Source of the DNA: the human T2T-CHM13v2.0 reference genome, Homo sapiens
Assembly: GCF_009914755.1 (NCBI RefSeq)
Contig: NC_060930.1
DNA length: 64,000 nt
Reading direction: 5' to 3' (one strand)
Position 1 is the stretch's first letter; each line of letters begins with the position of its first letter. Below the pieces are notes generated by a model. That model was not told the origin of the DNA. It did no database searches and saw only the letters and a program-made list of their open reading frames with translations. A program made the translations under genes and the position numbers. Of the stretch, positions 26,489-39,919 are shown in pieces.

Positions 26489-26749
26489 CGACTTAGAGAG
26501 CACAGATATTTCCTAAGTACACTAAATCAATCTGATTTCTCAAATTTCAGCTAAATGTCCATGAATCAAATTAAGATTTGTGGAAGTGATAAATCAACTA
26601 GACTTCACAGGTCAGTCCTGAAGTTAACATTTCTATGATGTTTCATTCTTTGTTCTGATATTTCAGGCAGTCTGAAAACCTGAATTTAGGTCTGGGCTTG
26701 CTATATATACATCATTTCTAACATTCCAGATCTATGTGTCTCAGTTATA

Positions 26750-26945
26750 GAGTGGTTGTTATTTTATGTGGGATAATTTCTTCTTGTGCTGGAATGTATT
26801 ATACATTTCAATATTTTATCATCTTTGATCCCTGCCTCTAAATTTTTTAAACCCTCTTAATGATTGTGACAAATAAATTTGTTATACGTGTTTTCAAATG
26901 TCCCTGATTTTTGAGTACTCTTTTACTTGTAAAACACTTTCTAGG
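26750..26945. mobile_element. MER20-like hAT DNA transposon relic
   Basis: ggataatttcttcttgtg...ttgtgacaa...caaatgtccctg resembles MER20. Confidence 0.6.
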
Positions 26946-27140
26946 ACTATGAATTAGACTCTTCATACATCACATACTTTATTAATAAAATGGTTAGTCA
27001 TGGTGTAGAAAAGAAATAAGAATATCTAAGAAATATTTGATATCATAGTCTTAACGCTCAGCCTTCTTTTAACTAAATAGGGCAAGAGACTGTTCCCTTA
27101 CAATCAAGAAGAGAAAGACTACTATGATTGTAGTATATGT

Positions 27141-27239
27141 CATCTTTTAGAATGTATCATAGATATGTCATGACATCTTTTAGAATGTATTACAGATATA
27201 TTATGCCATCTTTTAGAATTTATCATAGATATATAATGT
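27141..27239. repeat. 33-bp minisatellite, 3 copies
   Basis: catcttttagaatgtatcatagatatgtcatga at 27141, 27174 and 27207. Confidence 0.95.
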
Positions 27240-27256
27240 TTTGGAATACTTTATGA

Positions 27257-27535
<279 letters not shown>

Positions 27536-28164
27536 ACTTTATGATTTCTTAATTTACTTCTTTAACAGATATTTGTTGACATTTTGTCTCCTGACAGATA
27601 CTAAATAACAAAGATGAAAAGCATAACAATCATCCATGATAGTAGAAAAGCTTTCTTTGAACATACGTGCAATCTGAGACAGAAAGAGTGCTGAGATTAA
27701 AATGTTAAGCCTTAAACTATACTACAAGTTACTGAAGTTGTCTGAGTTACTTGAAAATTATCAGGTTTTATATTTGTTGCATCAAACACAATGTTGTCTA
27801 ATGTAGTAAGAAAACCTAGTTACAGAAATAAAAGAGTAAAATTATTGCACATGAATTATGAATGGTTTCTGTTTTTGTTAATAGACTTTACTTTTTAGAA
27901 TAGCTTTAGGTTCACAGCAAAATTGAGAGGATGGTACAGAGATGTGCCCTATATCCCTGCCCCAACACAGGCATAGCCTCCTCCCTTATTAACATCTACT
28001 GCTGGAGTGATACAGTTGTTATAATATAAACCTACATTGATATGTCATTATCACCCGAAGTCCATAGTTTACATTAGGGCTCACTCTTACGTTGAGAATT
28101 CTATAGGTTTGGACAAATACATATGGACATGAATCCACCATTATAGGCTCATACAAAATAGTTT

Positions 28165-28839
28165 TGTTACGGGGTCTCTGGGGTGTTGATTTTTCTGACT
28201 GGAAACCTCTGTGGCTGCGGCACCTTTGCCCAAGTTCTTGCCCTGGATCCAAGAAGAATGAGGTATGCAGACAAGTGAAGGGTGAATAAGCATTTTATTT
28301 AACAGCTCAGAGGAGTGGGTAACTCCTCACTGTAGGCAGGTCATCAAGTCGAGTGTTCAGTTCTCAGCAGAGAGGAGACCCTGGAGAGGGTAGCTCCTCT
28401 CTGCAGGCAAGTTACTCCAACGTCTTTGCAGGTCTCTGAAGCTCTCAGCAGAGAGGGTAGCTCCTCTCTGCCAGCAGGTCATCTCTGCAGCTCTCAGTGC
28501 AGAGGGTACTCCTCTCTGCAGCTGATCATCCCATCATCTCCAGCTCAGCAGAGAGAGTATACCTCTCTGCAGTGGGTTGTCCCATTGTCATCTCTCTGCC
28601 CTTTCCATTCTCTGTCCATCCTCTACCCTGCTCTGGCGGAGCCCAGGGCTTTTATGGACCTCAGAAGGGAGGAAGTCTGTGCTGATTGGTCCATGGGCGG
28701 CCATAGGCTGCTCAGAAGAAGCACCACTAGTTCACACTCCAGTCCAGGGGACTGGTAGCTTGGCCCCCAGCCTTCAGGCCCTCCCTGGCCCTAATGTGGG
28801 GCCTTACTGGGGATCCACCCCCTTCTACCCAGGACTCTG
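28165..28839 (-). mobile_element. MER52-like (ERV1) LTR, truncated
   Basis: Terminus tgttacggggtctctggggtgttgatttttctgactggaaacctctgtggc; GC-rich subrepeats; ggaagtctgtgctgattggtccatgggcggccat. Confidence 0.8.
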
Positions 28840-28898
28840 GAATTTTGCCTTTTCCAGAGAGTCATATAATTAGAATCATACATAGAAACAAGCATTTA

Positions 28899-29231
<333 letters not shown>

Positions 29232-30099
29232 TTAAGTTTCCTATGTCTTTCCACAGCTTGATGACACATTTCTTTTTAGCACTGAGTAATAATCCACTGT
29301 CTGAAGGTATCACATTTTATTTATGCATTTACTTGCTAAAAATACCTTAGTTGTTTCCAAGTTTAGATAATTATGAATAAAACTGCTATAAACATCTATG
29401 TGCTGTATTTGTGTGGACATAAGTTTTTAGCTACTTTTAATAATTATCAAGAAGTGCAATTGATGGACTGTATGGTAAAGGTATGTTTAGTTTTGTAAGA
29501 ACCTGCCAAATTGTTTTTCAAAGTGGCTGTACCATTTTCCATTCCTCGTTGAGAGGCCTTGTTGCTCCATGTCTTCATCATCATTTAGTGTGGTCAGCAT
29601 TTTGGATGTTGACCATTCAAGTAAGTGTGTTTTAATGATAGAAGAGTTTTTTACTATTAAATTTATTCCCACTCCATGGAATTATGTATTGTCTGATTCT
29701 GTGTTTCTTGAGAAAGCTTTTGATTGTTTAGCATCCCTTGAAACCTGCAAATAAGGAGGACTAAAAAGGTAGGTTAATGAGTATTTACTGTATTTGATCA
29801 TTATTTTCTTTTTTTACAGCATTATGCATTTACATTCCTTTGTTATACATTGGTTTTTCTAAAGTTTTCTTAGTGTGAGTCATCATTTTTTAGTCTCATT
29901 AATTCTGGGATCCTAAAGAAATTGCTTTTCTGGGCCAGTGACATTGAGAAACAGATATCAGACTGTGATGAAGTCAGCAGAGAGATGTACCTTGTGAAGT
30001 ATACATCCTCTCCTTGCAAAGCCATGGCCTGCCTGCAGGATTTTTCTTTTCTTATTTTATTTCTAATTTAGTTCAGATTTGTTGGGAGATCTATAACAC

Positions 30100-30700
30100 A
30101 ATGTATCTAACAGCTGACTGAACGGGCTAATTGAACATCTACAGGCATGTGAAATCCCTGTCCAAAAGGGACTCATCTCTTTTTTTCCCTAGGGTTGGCT
30201 GTTTGTTCCCTAGTATCAATTGTATTAGTTATGACTCCATTCTCTAGACATCTATAGCAGACATTTGAGAATCAATCTAGTCTTTTCTAATATCTAATCA
30301 GTTAGTTAATTAATCCATCAATAATGTGCTGCTGAATCTACTGTTAACCATATTTAGACCATCCCCCCCTTTACTACCTCTCTGCTATGAGTATTATAAT
30401 TCAGGCTATCACTATTGTTACTACTGGGGACCATGAGCTGCCATACTGGCTTCCCTCTAATTCACCCTTCTCACAAAGGACAAAGTAATTTAAAACAAAA
30501 CACAAAAACAGGATATTGTCCAGCTTATAATATCTCAATAATTCTTAAAGCTGTCAGCAAAAAAAATTTAAACATATGAATTTAGCACTTAAGGCCCTTC
30601 ATAATCTAACTGCTGCCTTCCTTTCCTGCCTCAGTTTCTGCCATTCTCTCAGCACAACTCTTCTTTACCTGCCTGGATCTGATGCCTGCATCCCGTGTTT
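30100..30700 (+). mobile_element. L2 fragment
   Basis: acatctacaggcatgtgaa...ttagcacttaaggcccttcataatctaactgctgcct. Confidence 0.6.
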
Positions 30701-30713
30701 TTGTAATGGGCCT

Positions 30714-31114
30714 TATCTTAGCCCATTTTGTGTTGCTTTAACAGACTATGACAAACTGGGAGACTTAAAAAGAGGATAAGTTTATTTCACAGTTCTGAAA
30801 GCAAGAAAGTCAGATATCAAGGCGCTGGCATCTGGCAAGAATCTTCTTTCTGTGCTTTCCCATGAAAGAAGGCAAGACAATGAGAGAGGACAAGACAAAG
30901 AGGAAGGGGGCAGAATTCTTTATTTTTATTTTTATTTTTATTTTTTTAATCAGAAATCCACTCCAACCATGAGGACATTAATTTATTCATGAGGGTAGAA
31001 CCCTCATGACCTAATCACTTCTTAAAAGTCCTTTCCCTTAACATTGTATCATTGGGGATTAAGTTTCCGACACATAAACTTTGGGGAACACATTCAAACC
31101 TTCAAACTATAGCA
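30714..31114 (-). mobile_element. MSTC/MSTD-like MaLR solo LTR
   Basis: tatcttagcccattttgtgttgct...atcaaggcgctggcatctgg...ccctcatgacctaatcacttc...ttggggaacacattcaaacc...atagca. Confidence 0.85.
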
Positions 31115-31984
31115 GACCCCATAGTGTCAATGGTCTTCATCTCCACGCTGCTTGTCTAGTTTATGAATTCTGAATTCCGAAACATTTATTTTTCAAACTG
31201 TGGAACCCACATGGAGACCAAATAAAACTCTGTCAGCCATCTTATGGGATGATTACAGGAATTCTTACATGCTCCATCTTGCCTACTTCAGAGTGCACAC
31301 AATTCTATGAAGTTTCCTCAGGAAGTCATTGCCACCTTCCCCTGGGTTGAAGGATAAAGAGGTCAAATGGAATGTCTAAACACCCAAAAAGCCTGGAGAT
31401 TTCAGATTGGACACTCAGCTCCCCAAGAAACTAAAAATAAGATGCATTTTAAGATATAGCTAATTTTTAGCTTATTTGTTTTGCATTGACTTGCAATAAA
31501 ATAAAATAAAAACAAAAATAAAAACATATACTTGTATATATTTTAGTATTTTAAGAAACTTAAGCATGCCAGTTGTTTAAAGAATTATTTGATTATTGTG
31601 TGGCACCTTTCAGTGTAGAGTCCTGAAAGATTACCCACTGTAAGGCAGAAAAGGCAAATCTGAAATGTTTTTATAGTTTTGACTAGATGGTTTATTAGAA
31701 TAAAGATGAAGAAACATTCCAATAAAATGATTCATATCAAAATTTTCACAATCCACATTGTCTGAAGTTCTGTTTTGTTTGTTTGTTTGTTTGTTTTATA
31801 TCATAAAGATACATGAACATCATCTGAAAATCCTGGAAAAAAGGCTTTTATAACATTATGTAATCCTATAGTGTAAAGGCATAGACCTTTTAACTACATA
31901 GAAATCAGCAGTGTGTTTTTGTGTGCTCAATTGTGTATGTATGCAGACTCAATTCTACTTGTATGTTAGCTTTGTGAAAGAAAC

Positions 31985-32215
31985 AGCCTTTGATTATGAG
32001 TTTATATCCTGGCTCAATTATTGACCAGATGAATGACTTTGGAGAATGCTAGTAGCCTTTCTGAATTCCCCCTTATTTTGTATTTATGAATGAGATCTCT
32101 CACCTTGTATGGAAGCTCCCTGCCGGAGGTTCTTTGTGATGTTCCGTGATGCATTCTAGAATAGTGTCTGGCATATAGTAGGTGCTTAATAATTATTTAC
32201 TGAAGAAATGTAGGG
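31985..32215 (+). mobile_element. MIR fragment followed by an L2 3' end
   Basis: atcctggctc...tgactttggagaa; then tagaatagtgtctggcatatagtaggtgcttaataa. Confidence 0.6.
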
Positions 32216-33712
32216 ATGAATTATAAAATAGCTATAGGTTCTAATGGGCATGTATAGTAGGCCTTTAAACTCTAAATTTTGTAATGCTGGCCACCTCAAA
32301 ATTTCCTTGGGTTCTTTATTTATGGAGAGAGTTTCAGTTACTACACAGGGACTAGGGTTCATGGGTAACTTCATCCCCACCCCCATGACTATGCTCTTGA
32401 AGAAGGAAGCAGATAAATTTTCCAAAGTCATCACCATAATTTAGTGGAGTGGAAATGCCTTTGTAGTGTAAGTATTTCTGAAGGCTTTATTAGGTTTATT
32501 CCTAATTGACTTCCTTTTTGTGCCCACTTATTAGTCATGGTGGTCCTATCCTCTGGTTATGTCCAGCTAATTGCTCAACTCCTAAACTTCTGACTCATTT
32601 GTTCCAAGTATCGTGACCACAGGCAGATCTCTGTCAGGATTTTGAGCAACTCTTTGTAACTACAGTCGAAAGTTTCACAGATGGACCACCACAGAAATAT
32701 TCTTCATAGAATCATTACTAAAGATGATTAAGAAATGAGGCTATTATCCCTACCCTTCGCTCTGCAAGAAAACTTGTGCTCTGTGAACCTGGAAGCATTT
32801 TCTCAAATGTAACATTCAACTGGGGGCTCCCTGAAATCCCTCACTGACAGACCATAAAAGTGTTTTTTCTAAGATATCTGGGGACAAATTGACCACTCCA
32901 ATTATCCATTGTTCCCTAAGGCACTAAGAACACATTATACAAATGAAGTAAAGTTACCATGTAATAATATAAGAAGCAGACAGAAATAAAATAGTTGAGA
33001 ACATACACAGTCAATAATGGTAGTGAGTCAACGGATTCTGGAAAAGGTGAAAACATGACATGTAATCGTTAAGAGAAACCTTAGTTGTCCACTATTTCCA
33101 AAATGCTTTTTAAATTTAACAGTCACTGCATGTTCCTAACCATCGACTCTATTTACATAAACATAAACACAGCCATTAATGGGCCTCTGTGGGACTTCAA
33201 AATCAACTATTTGAGAGTCTAGAAATATGCATTTTATTTTCATGGTGCTGTTTTAATTCCTTCTGCAGCTTTTGGTTTATAGTTACATTTTATTTATTTT
33301 ATTATGAACAGTAGGTTCACTGTATTGTAGATGTTTGTGCTTTTGTGTACAATGGTAAAAATGAAACTGCTTTTTCTGCTAAAGACATATATTTTCCAGT
33401 ATGTTCTGACCTAGCAAAGAGGGGATAGTGTCATACAGCTGTCATCCACAGAGATGCTAAGAATATATTTTGAAAACATTGCAGTATGATCCTTCTGATG
33501 GTGAGAAAAGAGCTACCAGTAAAGGTGAGATAAGTAAAAAGGATGCCTTATTGCCCTTGTACGATACATATGTTGATGAAGTGAGCCAATATCCTTCCCC
33601 TGTAGCTGTAAGCCAGTGACTGAGAATAAGAGCCCTGCAACAGATGATTGGCTTATTTTGTAGCCTATTTTGGGGACAGTTATTAGGACAATTTCAGGGC
33701 TCGACTATTCTA

Positions 33713-33808
33713 AAAGAAGTTATTTCATATGTAAGTATATTTAGTACGTAAGTTATTTAGTATGTAAGTGTGGATGAAAGAAGTTATTTAGTAGTAAGTG
33801 TGGATGAA
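33713..33808. repeat. Complex short tandem duplication (agttatttagtatgtaagtgtggatgaa units)
   Basis: Read directly from the sequence. Confidence 0.9.
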
Positions 33809-34339
33809 TCAAACTGACTACAGCATGGAATTAAGACCCAAAGAGATAAGGCTTTCTGTTTGTTTCAGGGAAAACTAAGGAAGAAGCCTGTCAGAGTAGT
33901 AAAAAAGAAAGAGACCAAAGTAATGTATGAAAGTAAAAGTTCTCTGGTAATAGTCCAAAGTAGCGAAGCTCAGCAGTAACAATTTATGAGTTGAATATTT
34001 CCGAAGATGTCATTGAATTCTGTATTTTTGTTTACATAAAACAGACTTGGGAAGTATAAAATAGACTTGAAAAAATTTCCCTTTAGGTTTACTGCAGATC
34101 AAAATATATGATTTTTCAATTATACCTTGGACTTTAATACTGAGTCTTTATTAAGTCCTAAGAATAAAGAGCCCTAAAAATTGATATCTAAGTATCTCTG
34201 AGCTTTGTAGGAAATGAATATGCTACAGCACATTTTTAAGTCATGCGTTTAAGGTATGACAGAATGGCACAAGCTGGTAGAGATCTAATGGGAAGGAAAT
34301 TCAGTTCTTGTTTATTCATAGAAGTAGGACTGTAATCGA

Positions 34340-34451
34340 AGTTGGCATAGTGCTGTGCAGCACACTTGCCCTTCTGAGATATTTAACACTTACACATTCT
34401 ACACACATACACACACACACACACACTACATATACAATAAACCTGTGAAGT

Positions 34452-34495
<44 letters not shown>

Positions 34496-34660
34496 TACAT
34501 ATACAATAAACCTGTGAAGTAAGAAAGGGCAAGTTTTTTTCTTACCTTTGGGCACTGGGGGCCAGTATTCCTCTGTGACTTGCCCGAGGCACACGTTGTA
34601 TATACAGTGAGGCCAATATTTGAACCCAGATGCATCTTCATCCAAACTCCAGAATTTTCT
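34340..34660 (-). mobile_element. MIR containing a duplicated (CA)n plus 28-bp unit
   Basis: acaataaacctgtgaagta...gtgacttgcccgaggcacacg...tttgaacccagatg...actccaga. Confidence 0.75.
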
Positions 34661-34984
34661 ACCACCCTCCACTGTCTTTCATATAAAGTTGGGGCAAATA
34701 TGTATGTCATTAGGCTAAGTGCCTTAGCCATGTTTTAAAGAGAACACACCCAGCGTGTCAGGAAACTCCTGAAGTGGGGCTAACCTGTATCCTATTTCAG
34801 GCATCATGTTGGGTCCCTTCCAAGAGAGTAACAGCATCAATGGCACATTTTCAGTAAGTGGCTGCTTGCTGTAGACTGAAAGACTCATGTGACTACTTCA
34901 GCTAAAGTATCCACACTATGTTGGATACTGTTTCAGTGCTTAGCAATAAATAACTCCTTTCATAACAAAGTTTATAGTCTAATG

Positions 34985-35140
34985 TCTATATGCTGCACAG
35001 GCTTTGGCACTGTGTGATTTAATTGTTACCACTACAATGGGGACAGTGTAGTTGTCCTCATTGCATGGTGAGGAAATCAGAAGTGTGGAGAAACTGCCCC
35101 AGAGCCTGGTTTCCCTAGTTCACCACCCAGAAGGCTGCTC
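34985..35140 (-). mobile_element. MIR fragment
   Basis: gatttaattgttaccactac...gtcctcattgcatggtgaggaaatcagaag. Confidence 0.5.
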
Positions 35141-36375
35141 CTGAATTGTTCTAAGGGGTATTTCTTCATATTGAGGGTCTTTCTTCCCCATCTCCATGGT
35201 TGTATTCATATTTAGTTCTCTCACTTTTCTAAAAGTCTCTTTTCTCTTCCTCTCTACCTGTGGAAACCCTACTGTCCCTCTAAAGCTTGGTTTAAAATTC
35301 CTTCCTTTTCAAATACTGAAGTATTCACTCTACATTGATCTTTTATGTTTCTTTTTACTTGAAAAACTCACAGGATTTGGTGTTTAGGGCTCAATTTTTT
35401 AAAGAAAATTACTGTTTTCACATATTAATTATTTTTGTTTTACTCCTCTTCTAAAACAAATTATAAAATCTCTGAAGGACAAAGTACATCCTTGCCAAGT
35501 GCTGAATTGCTGTACATGTCAAAGTCAACAAATGGATGATTGCTTTTACATTATTTGCATGCTTTATCTATTTGAGAGAGACACATTGTTGAATTATTCA
35601 CTGTGCTTATCACATAGAAGTTGCTTAATAGTTACTATTTGAATTAAATGAAATTTATGTTTTCTAGTTACTTAATATTAGTTTCATGATATTTAGGAAG
35701 CTATCTTCAAGTCTCCAAATAGATCTACTGTTAAGCTTCATTACTTTATGCATCTTTTATGTAGCATGAAAAGCTATATAAAAATAGAAATTTGGTGTCA
35801 TAGTGGTGTAATAATAAAAATCACTGTCCTGCTGATTAAGTATTAATTTTTCTTTACTAGGGAGTAGGATGTAGTAAAATCACATTCTGTCTATTTTTCA
35901 AAATACTTCCTTTCTCCTCCAGTTGTACAAATTATATTATTATAGTCTTAATTTGATGATTTAAGATCTAGCAATAAAATTTAAAAACATGCTATATTCA
36001 TTTGTATCATAATTTAAAAGAATACAAAATATCTTCTTGCTGCTCTAGCCATGAAATAATACTAAATCAAAGAAAATACAGTCAAAAATGCCCATTAGCA
36101 CATAGTGTTATCTTCTTTGTCACCATAAAAATATTCACTGTAATACATTCTCTAATGTGATGAGGAAATGAGTCAGCAGTCTTACACAGAGGGAGATGTC
36201 CCAGGTCTACTTTTGTTGATTTACTGTCAGCTTCTATTTGAATTAGACTTTGGGCCAAATACAAAGCAGAACCTAATTCATTCCCCTAATGATCATTTCT
36301 AGGATCTCTAGCAGGCTGTTTACTGCTCAGGGCAAGAGAAGACAGATGAAACAGAAAAATGGCACAAAGGACCCT

Positions 36376-36378
<3 letters not shown>

Positions 36379-36418
<40 letters not shown>
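36379..36418. repeat. (AC)20 perfect microsatellite
   Basis: Read directly from the sequence. Confidence 0.97.
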
Positions 36419-36421
<3 letters not shown>

Positions 36422-36627
36422 GACACTGAAAGCCTGAAGATTCCAGGAGTATATTTAACTATTTTTGGAGGTGTAAAGTCCAGCAGAACTGAATAATGTA
36501 AGGAAAGAAAGAGAACACATGCAAAGGTAGTTCCATTAGATGATCCTAGGCTGTCAAATGCACTATTTGCTGCCCACTCTCTGTCCTTATCATAGAAGGA
36601 AGTAGAGACAAGTAGAGTCAAGCTAAG

Positions 36628-37184
36628 GGTGGCACGCTTTATTTCCCAATGAGGACCACAGTAATATTGCCAGCTTCACATGTTCTTCTATATTTTTGCC
36701 AGTCTCCTGCAGTATATGAAATCTATTTCTTCTCCCTTAAAACTGGACAGAATTTTGTAGCTGCCTCAGTAATAATAATGAAGCTCATGTGAGTCTGCCT
36801 AACTTCCAAGGATTGATCATAAAACGGGATAGGACGCCCATCTGGATTGTTCTCTCTCTCTCTCTTCTCTCTTCTCTCTTTCTGAGCTTTAGAGCTCAGT
36901 CATTATCTTGTGAGGAAGTCCAAGATGGCTCCCATGAAGAGATTCAAGTGGAGACAAACCGAGACCACATCCAAAGACATCAACCGTCAGACATGAGTGA
37001 ATGAGCTTCAAAAGAGTCTAGCCTTCAGCCTTACAGTATTCCAGCTGAAGTCACAGATAATGGGAAGCAGAGAAAAGCCATCTCTACTGATCCGTCCAAA
37101 TTCTGATCTACAAAGGATAGCATAAGTGGTTGTATTGTTCCTCTACATTTTAGAGTAGTTTATGGAGTCACAGTGACTGAAACA
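36628..37184 (+). mobile_element. MLT1G/H-like MaLR 5' LTR
   Basis: tgtgaggaagtccaag...agacatgagtgaatgagcttca...ccagctgaagtcacaga...gcagagaaaagcc; ends tgactgaaaca. Confidence 0.8.
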
Positions 37185-37302
37185 GATGTTGGTACCTGGA
37201 AGCACATTATTGTAGTAACAAAACTCAAACATTTACCATTGGAAGCATATGATGGGTGGAAGCTGAAACGAGGAGAATGTTTGTAAAAATTGAAAGGGCC
37301 CC

Positions 37303-37673
37303 TGCCATGGTCTGAATGTTTGTGTTCAAACAAAATTCATATGTTGAAATCCTAATCCCTAACTGGTGGTATTAGGAAGTGGGGCCTTTAGGAGGTGATG
37401 AGATCCTGAGGGCAGAGCCTTCATGAGAGGAAATAGAGCTTCTATAAAAGTAGGCCCAAGAAAGACCCCTCACCCCTTCTGACAATGTGAAGAGACAGCA
37501 AGCAGGCATCATCTCTGAACCAGGGAACAGGCCCTCCACCAGACACCAAATCTGGGGGTGCCCTGATCCTAGAGTTCTCAGCCTCCAGAACTGCAAGAAA
37601 TACATTTCTGTTGTTTATAAGCTACCCAGTTTATGGTATTATTCTGTTACAGCAACTCAAATGGATTAAAACA
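37303..37673 (+). mobile_element. MLT1A/A0-like solo LTR nested in MLT1-int
   Basis: tgccatggtctgaatgtttgtg...aaaattcatatgttgaaatcctaa...cagcctccagaactgcaagaaatacatttctgttgtttataagctacccag...aaaaca. Confidence 0.9.
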
Positions 37674-38722
37674 ACTTCAAAGTGATTGTTAGGAGAAGTC
37701 ATACGGCTTTCAAGAAGCCTGTTAGGGGATTCTTAGAAGAAAGTAGGAAAAAATATAACAGCAGGATGGAGGAAGAGGGGCTTTTCTTCCATAGCAGTGA
37801 GAAGTTTATTTGTTTGTCATAATGTGGAAAATAGAAACTGTACCTAGTAAATTGATGAATCTAGAGAAGGAGATTTTTGGGCAGAATTTAGAAGAGTCTT
37901 CTGGCTTCTTCTCAATGACTATGATAAAATGAGAGTGGAGGTGAACTAAAAATATTGTCCAGTCTTCAACTAATTTACAGTACCTACAAGGGAGCAAGAA
38001 CATACTGGGTTTGAAAATAAATCATTCTTATACTCTGCTCTTCAAGATTCTCAAATTAAGAAAAGCCTTCATGGCAAAGATAAAATCTATGATGTGGCTC
38101 TAAAATCTTTTGTTAAGAACTCAGAAAGCTATAAAGCAATGCCTGAGAGAGCCATTCTGCCAGACTATGCCCCTCTAAGAATCTTCCAGGCAGTCCTCAC
38201 AATACTTCTCTAAGAATCTTAAAAACCAAGTCCCATAGCAGTATCACAGGAATCCCAAGGTATAGAAAGTCTTTTGTATAATGAAATGTATTATACATTG
38301 ATTCCTAAGAAGCTGTTAACATTTTTAAAAGAATTATATCACCTTGAATTGAAAGGGACAGATACACAATGAAAAAGAGGTCTCATGGCCACCAAACTTC
38401 AATAGTTAGTAAATGGTTAGGAAACTACCCAGCTTCAAACACTGGCCATTTCTTGTGGGAACAGAATAACAAAAGATAAATCAAAGAGCCCAAAAGGCAG
38501 AGGCAATAGACCCTGTAGGAAATAAGACTGAAGCCCAATTAAGGAACTGGCACTATGAGTATGACTGAATTTCATATCTACTATGAACCAAGGGCTACTG
38601 TGTGTATTCCATTTTTCCTCTTTCTAAACAGAGGCCTCTATAATAGTTGGCTATTGAATGCCTGTTCAATTACTGTAGACTGGCTGTATGAGTGGAAGAT
38701 CATTGTTTTTTTAGATACACAC

Positions 38723-39077
38723 TGTATTAGTCAATTTTCATGCTGCTAACAAAGACATACCAGAGACTGGGTAATTTATAAAGAAAAAGAGATTTGATGG
38801 ACTCACACTTCCACATGGCTGGGGAGGCCTCACAATCATGGCAGAAGGCATGTCTTACATGGCCACAGGAAAGAAGGAATGAGAACCAACCAAAAGCAGA
38901 AACCCCTTATAAAACCATCGGATCTTGTGAGACTTATTCACTACCATAAGAACAGTATTGAGGAAAGTACCCCCATGATTCAATTATCTCCCACCAGGTC
39001 CCTCCCACAACACATGGGAATTATAGGAGCCACAATTTAAGATGAGATTTGGGTGGGGACACAGCCAAACCATAACA
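38723..39077 (-). mobile_element. THE1B/C-like solo LTR nested in MLT1-int
   Basis: tgtattagtcaattttcatgctgctaacaaagacatacc...gatgagatttgggtggggacacagccaaaccataaca; TSD cacac / catac. Confidence 0.93.
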
Positions 39078-39919
39078 CATACTGTCAGAATTGAGTAACC
39101 GTACTTGAAGAACTGCAACTGAGAAGGTGTTTTTGGACTTGGACCTGGTTTGTATGACAAAATGAATCACTATCCTGAGTTGGATGCCACAGTAAAGTGG
39201 TATATTGAGGGGCTTGAGGTAGGGAATGATTGGCTATGTCCCCACAGGTTGATAAATTTACAGAGAAAACCCCAAACTTCTGCATTTATGACATAACTCT
39301 TATTTATTAGTATGTACTGACAACCAGGAGTCACTAGCCATTTGAGGAAAGTGAGTAGCCCAAAGAGAAAGGTAGGAAGAGCAAATATCCATGAACACTT
39401 GAGGAAAATAATAATTAATATAAATGAAGAGAAAAACATCAAGAAAACAATGAGTAGAGGGCTCACATAATAGGCATTTCAGAAAGAGAATAGAAAATAT
39501 AGATGGTAAGAAATAATCCAGAAATATTAGAATGTAAATCCTCAGAGAGGGGTTTATAAGGATAAAAGCCAGAAAATGTTTAAAAGACTCACACATAGAA
39601 ATATTGCCATACAATTTTTATATTTTCAGACAAAAGTGAAAACCCAAAGGATTCTGGGAAAGAGGAGCAGGGACTAGGATACCATTCAATGGAAAACACC
39701 CAATTGGTACCAAGCATCCCTGCAGGAGCACTGGGTGCTGGAAGACATTACAGCAATGACTTTAGTACTAGAGTCCTATAGCCGATGAAATATACAAATG
39801 CTAACAAGAGAAAATTAACATAGAGATAGATGATAGAGACAGATATAAGAAAGATAGGAGGATATATATAAATATAGACATAAATATTAATATGTAAGTA
39901 CTCCGTAAACATCCTTTGA

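Larger units (their letters stand above)
37185..39245 (+). mobile_element. MLT1 internal region (MLT1-int) with two nested LTRs; 3' LTR missing
   Basis: Begins gatgttggtacctggaag immediately after the LTR; MaLR-int-like ttatttg...atgtggaaaatagaaa...tacctagtaaa and a near-terminal ttttggactt...gagttggatgc. Confidence 0.7.

Noticed and set aside
27141-27239. 33-bp periodic repeat as a CRISPR array
   Set aside because: The whole unit is repeated with no unique spacers, so it is a minisatellite.
28304-28580. CRISPR-like array of palindromic repeats with spacers
   Set aside because: The units are degenerate, irregularly spaced and lie inside a MER52-like LTR in primate DNA; there are no cas genes.
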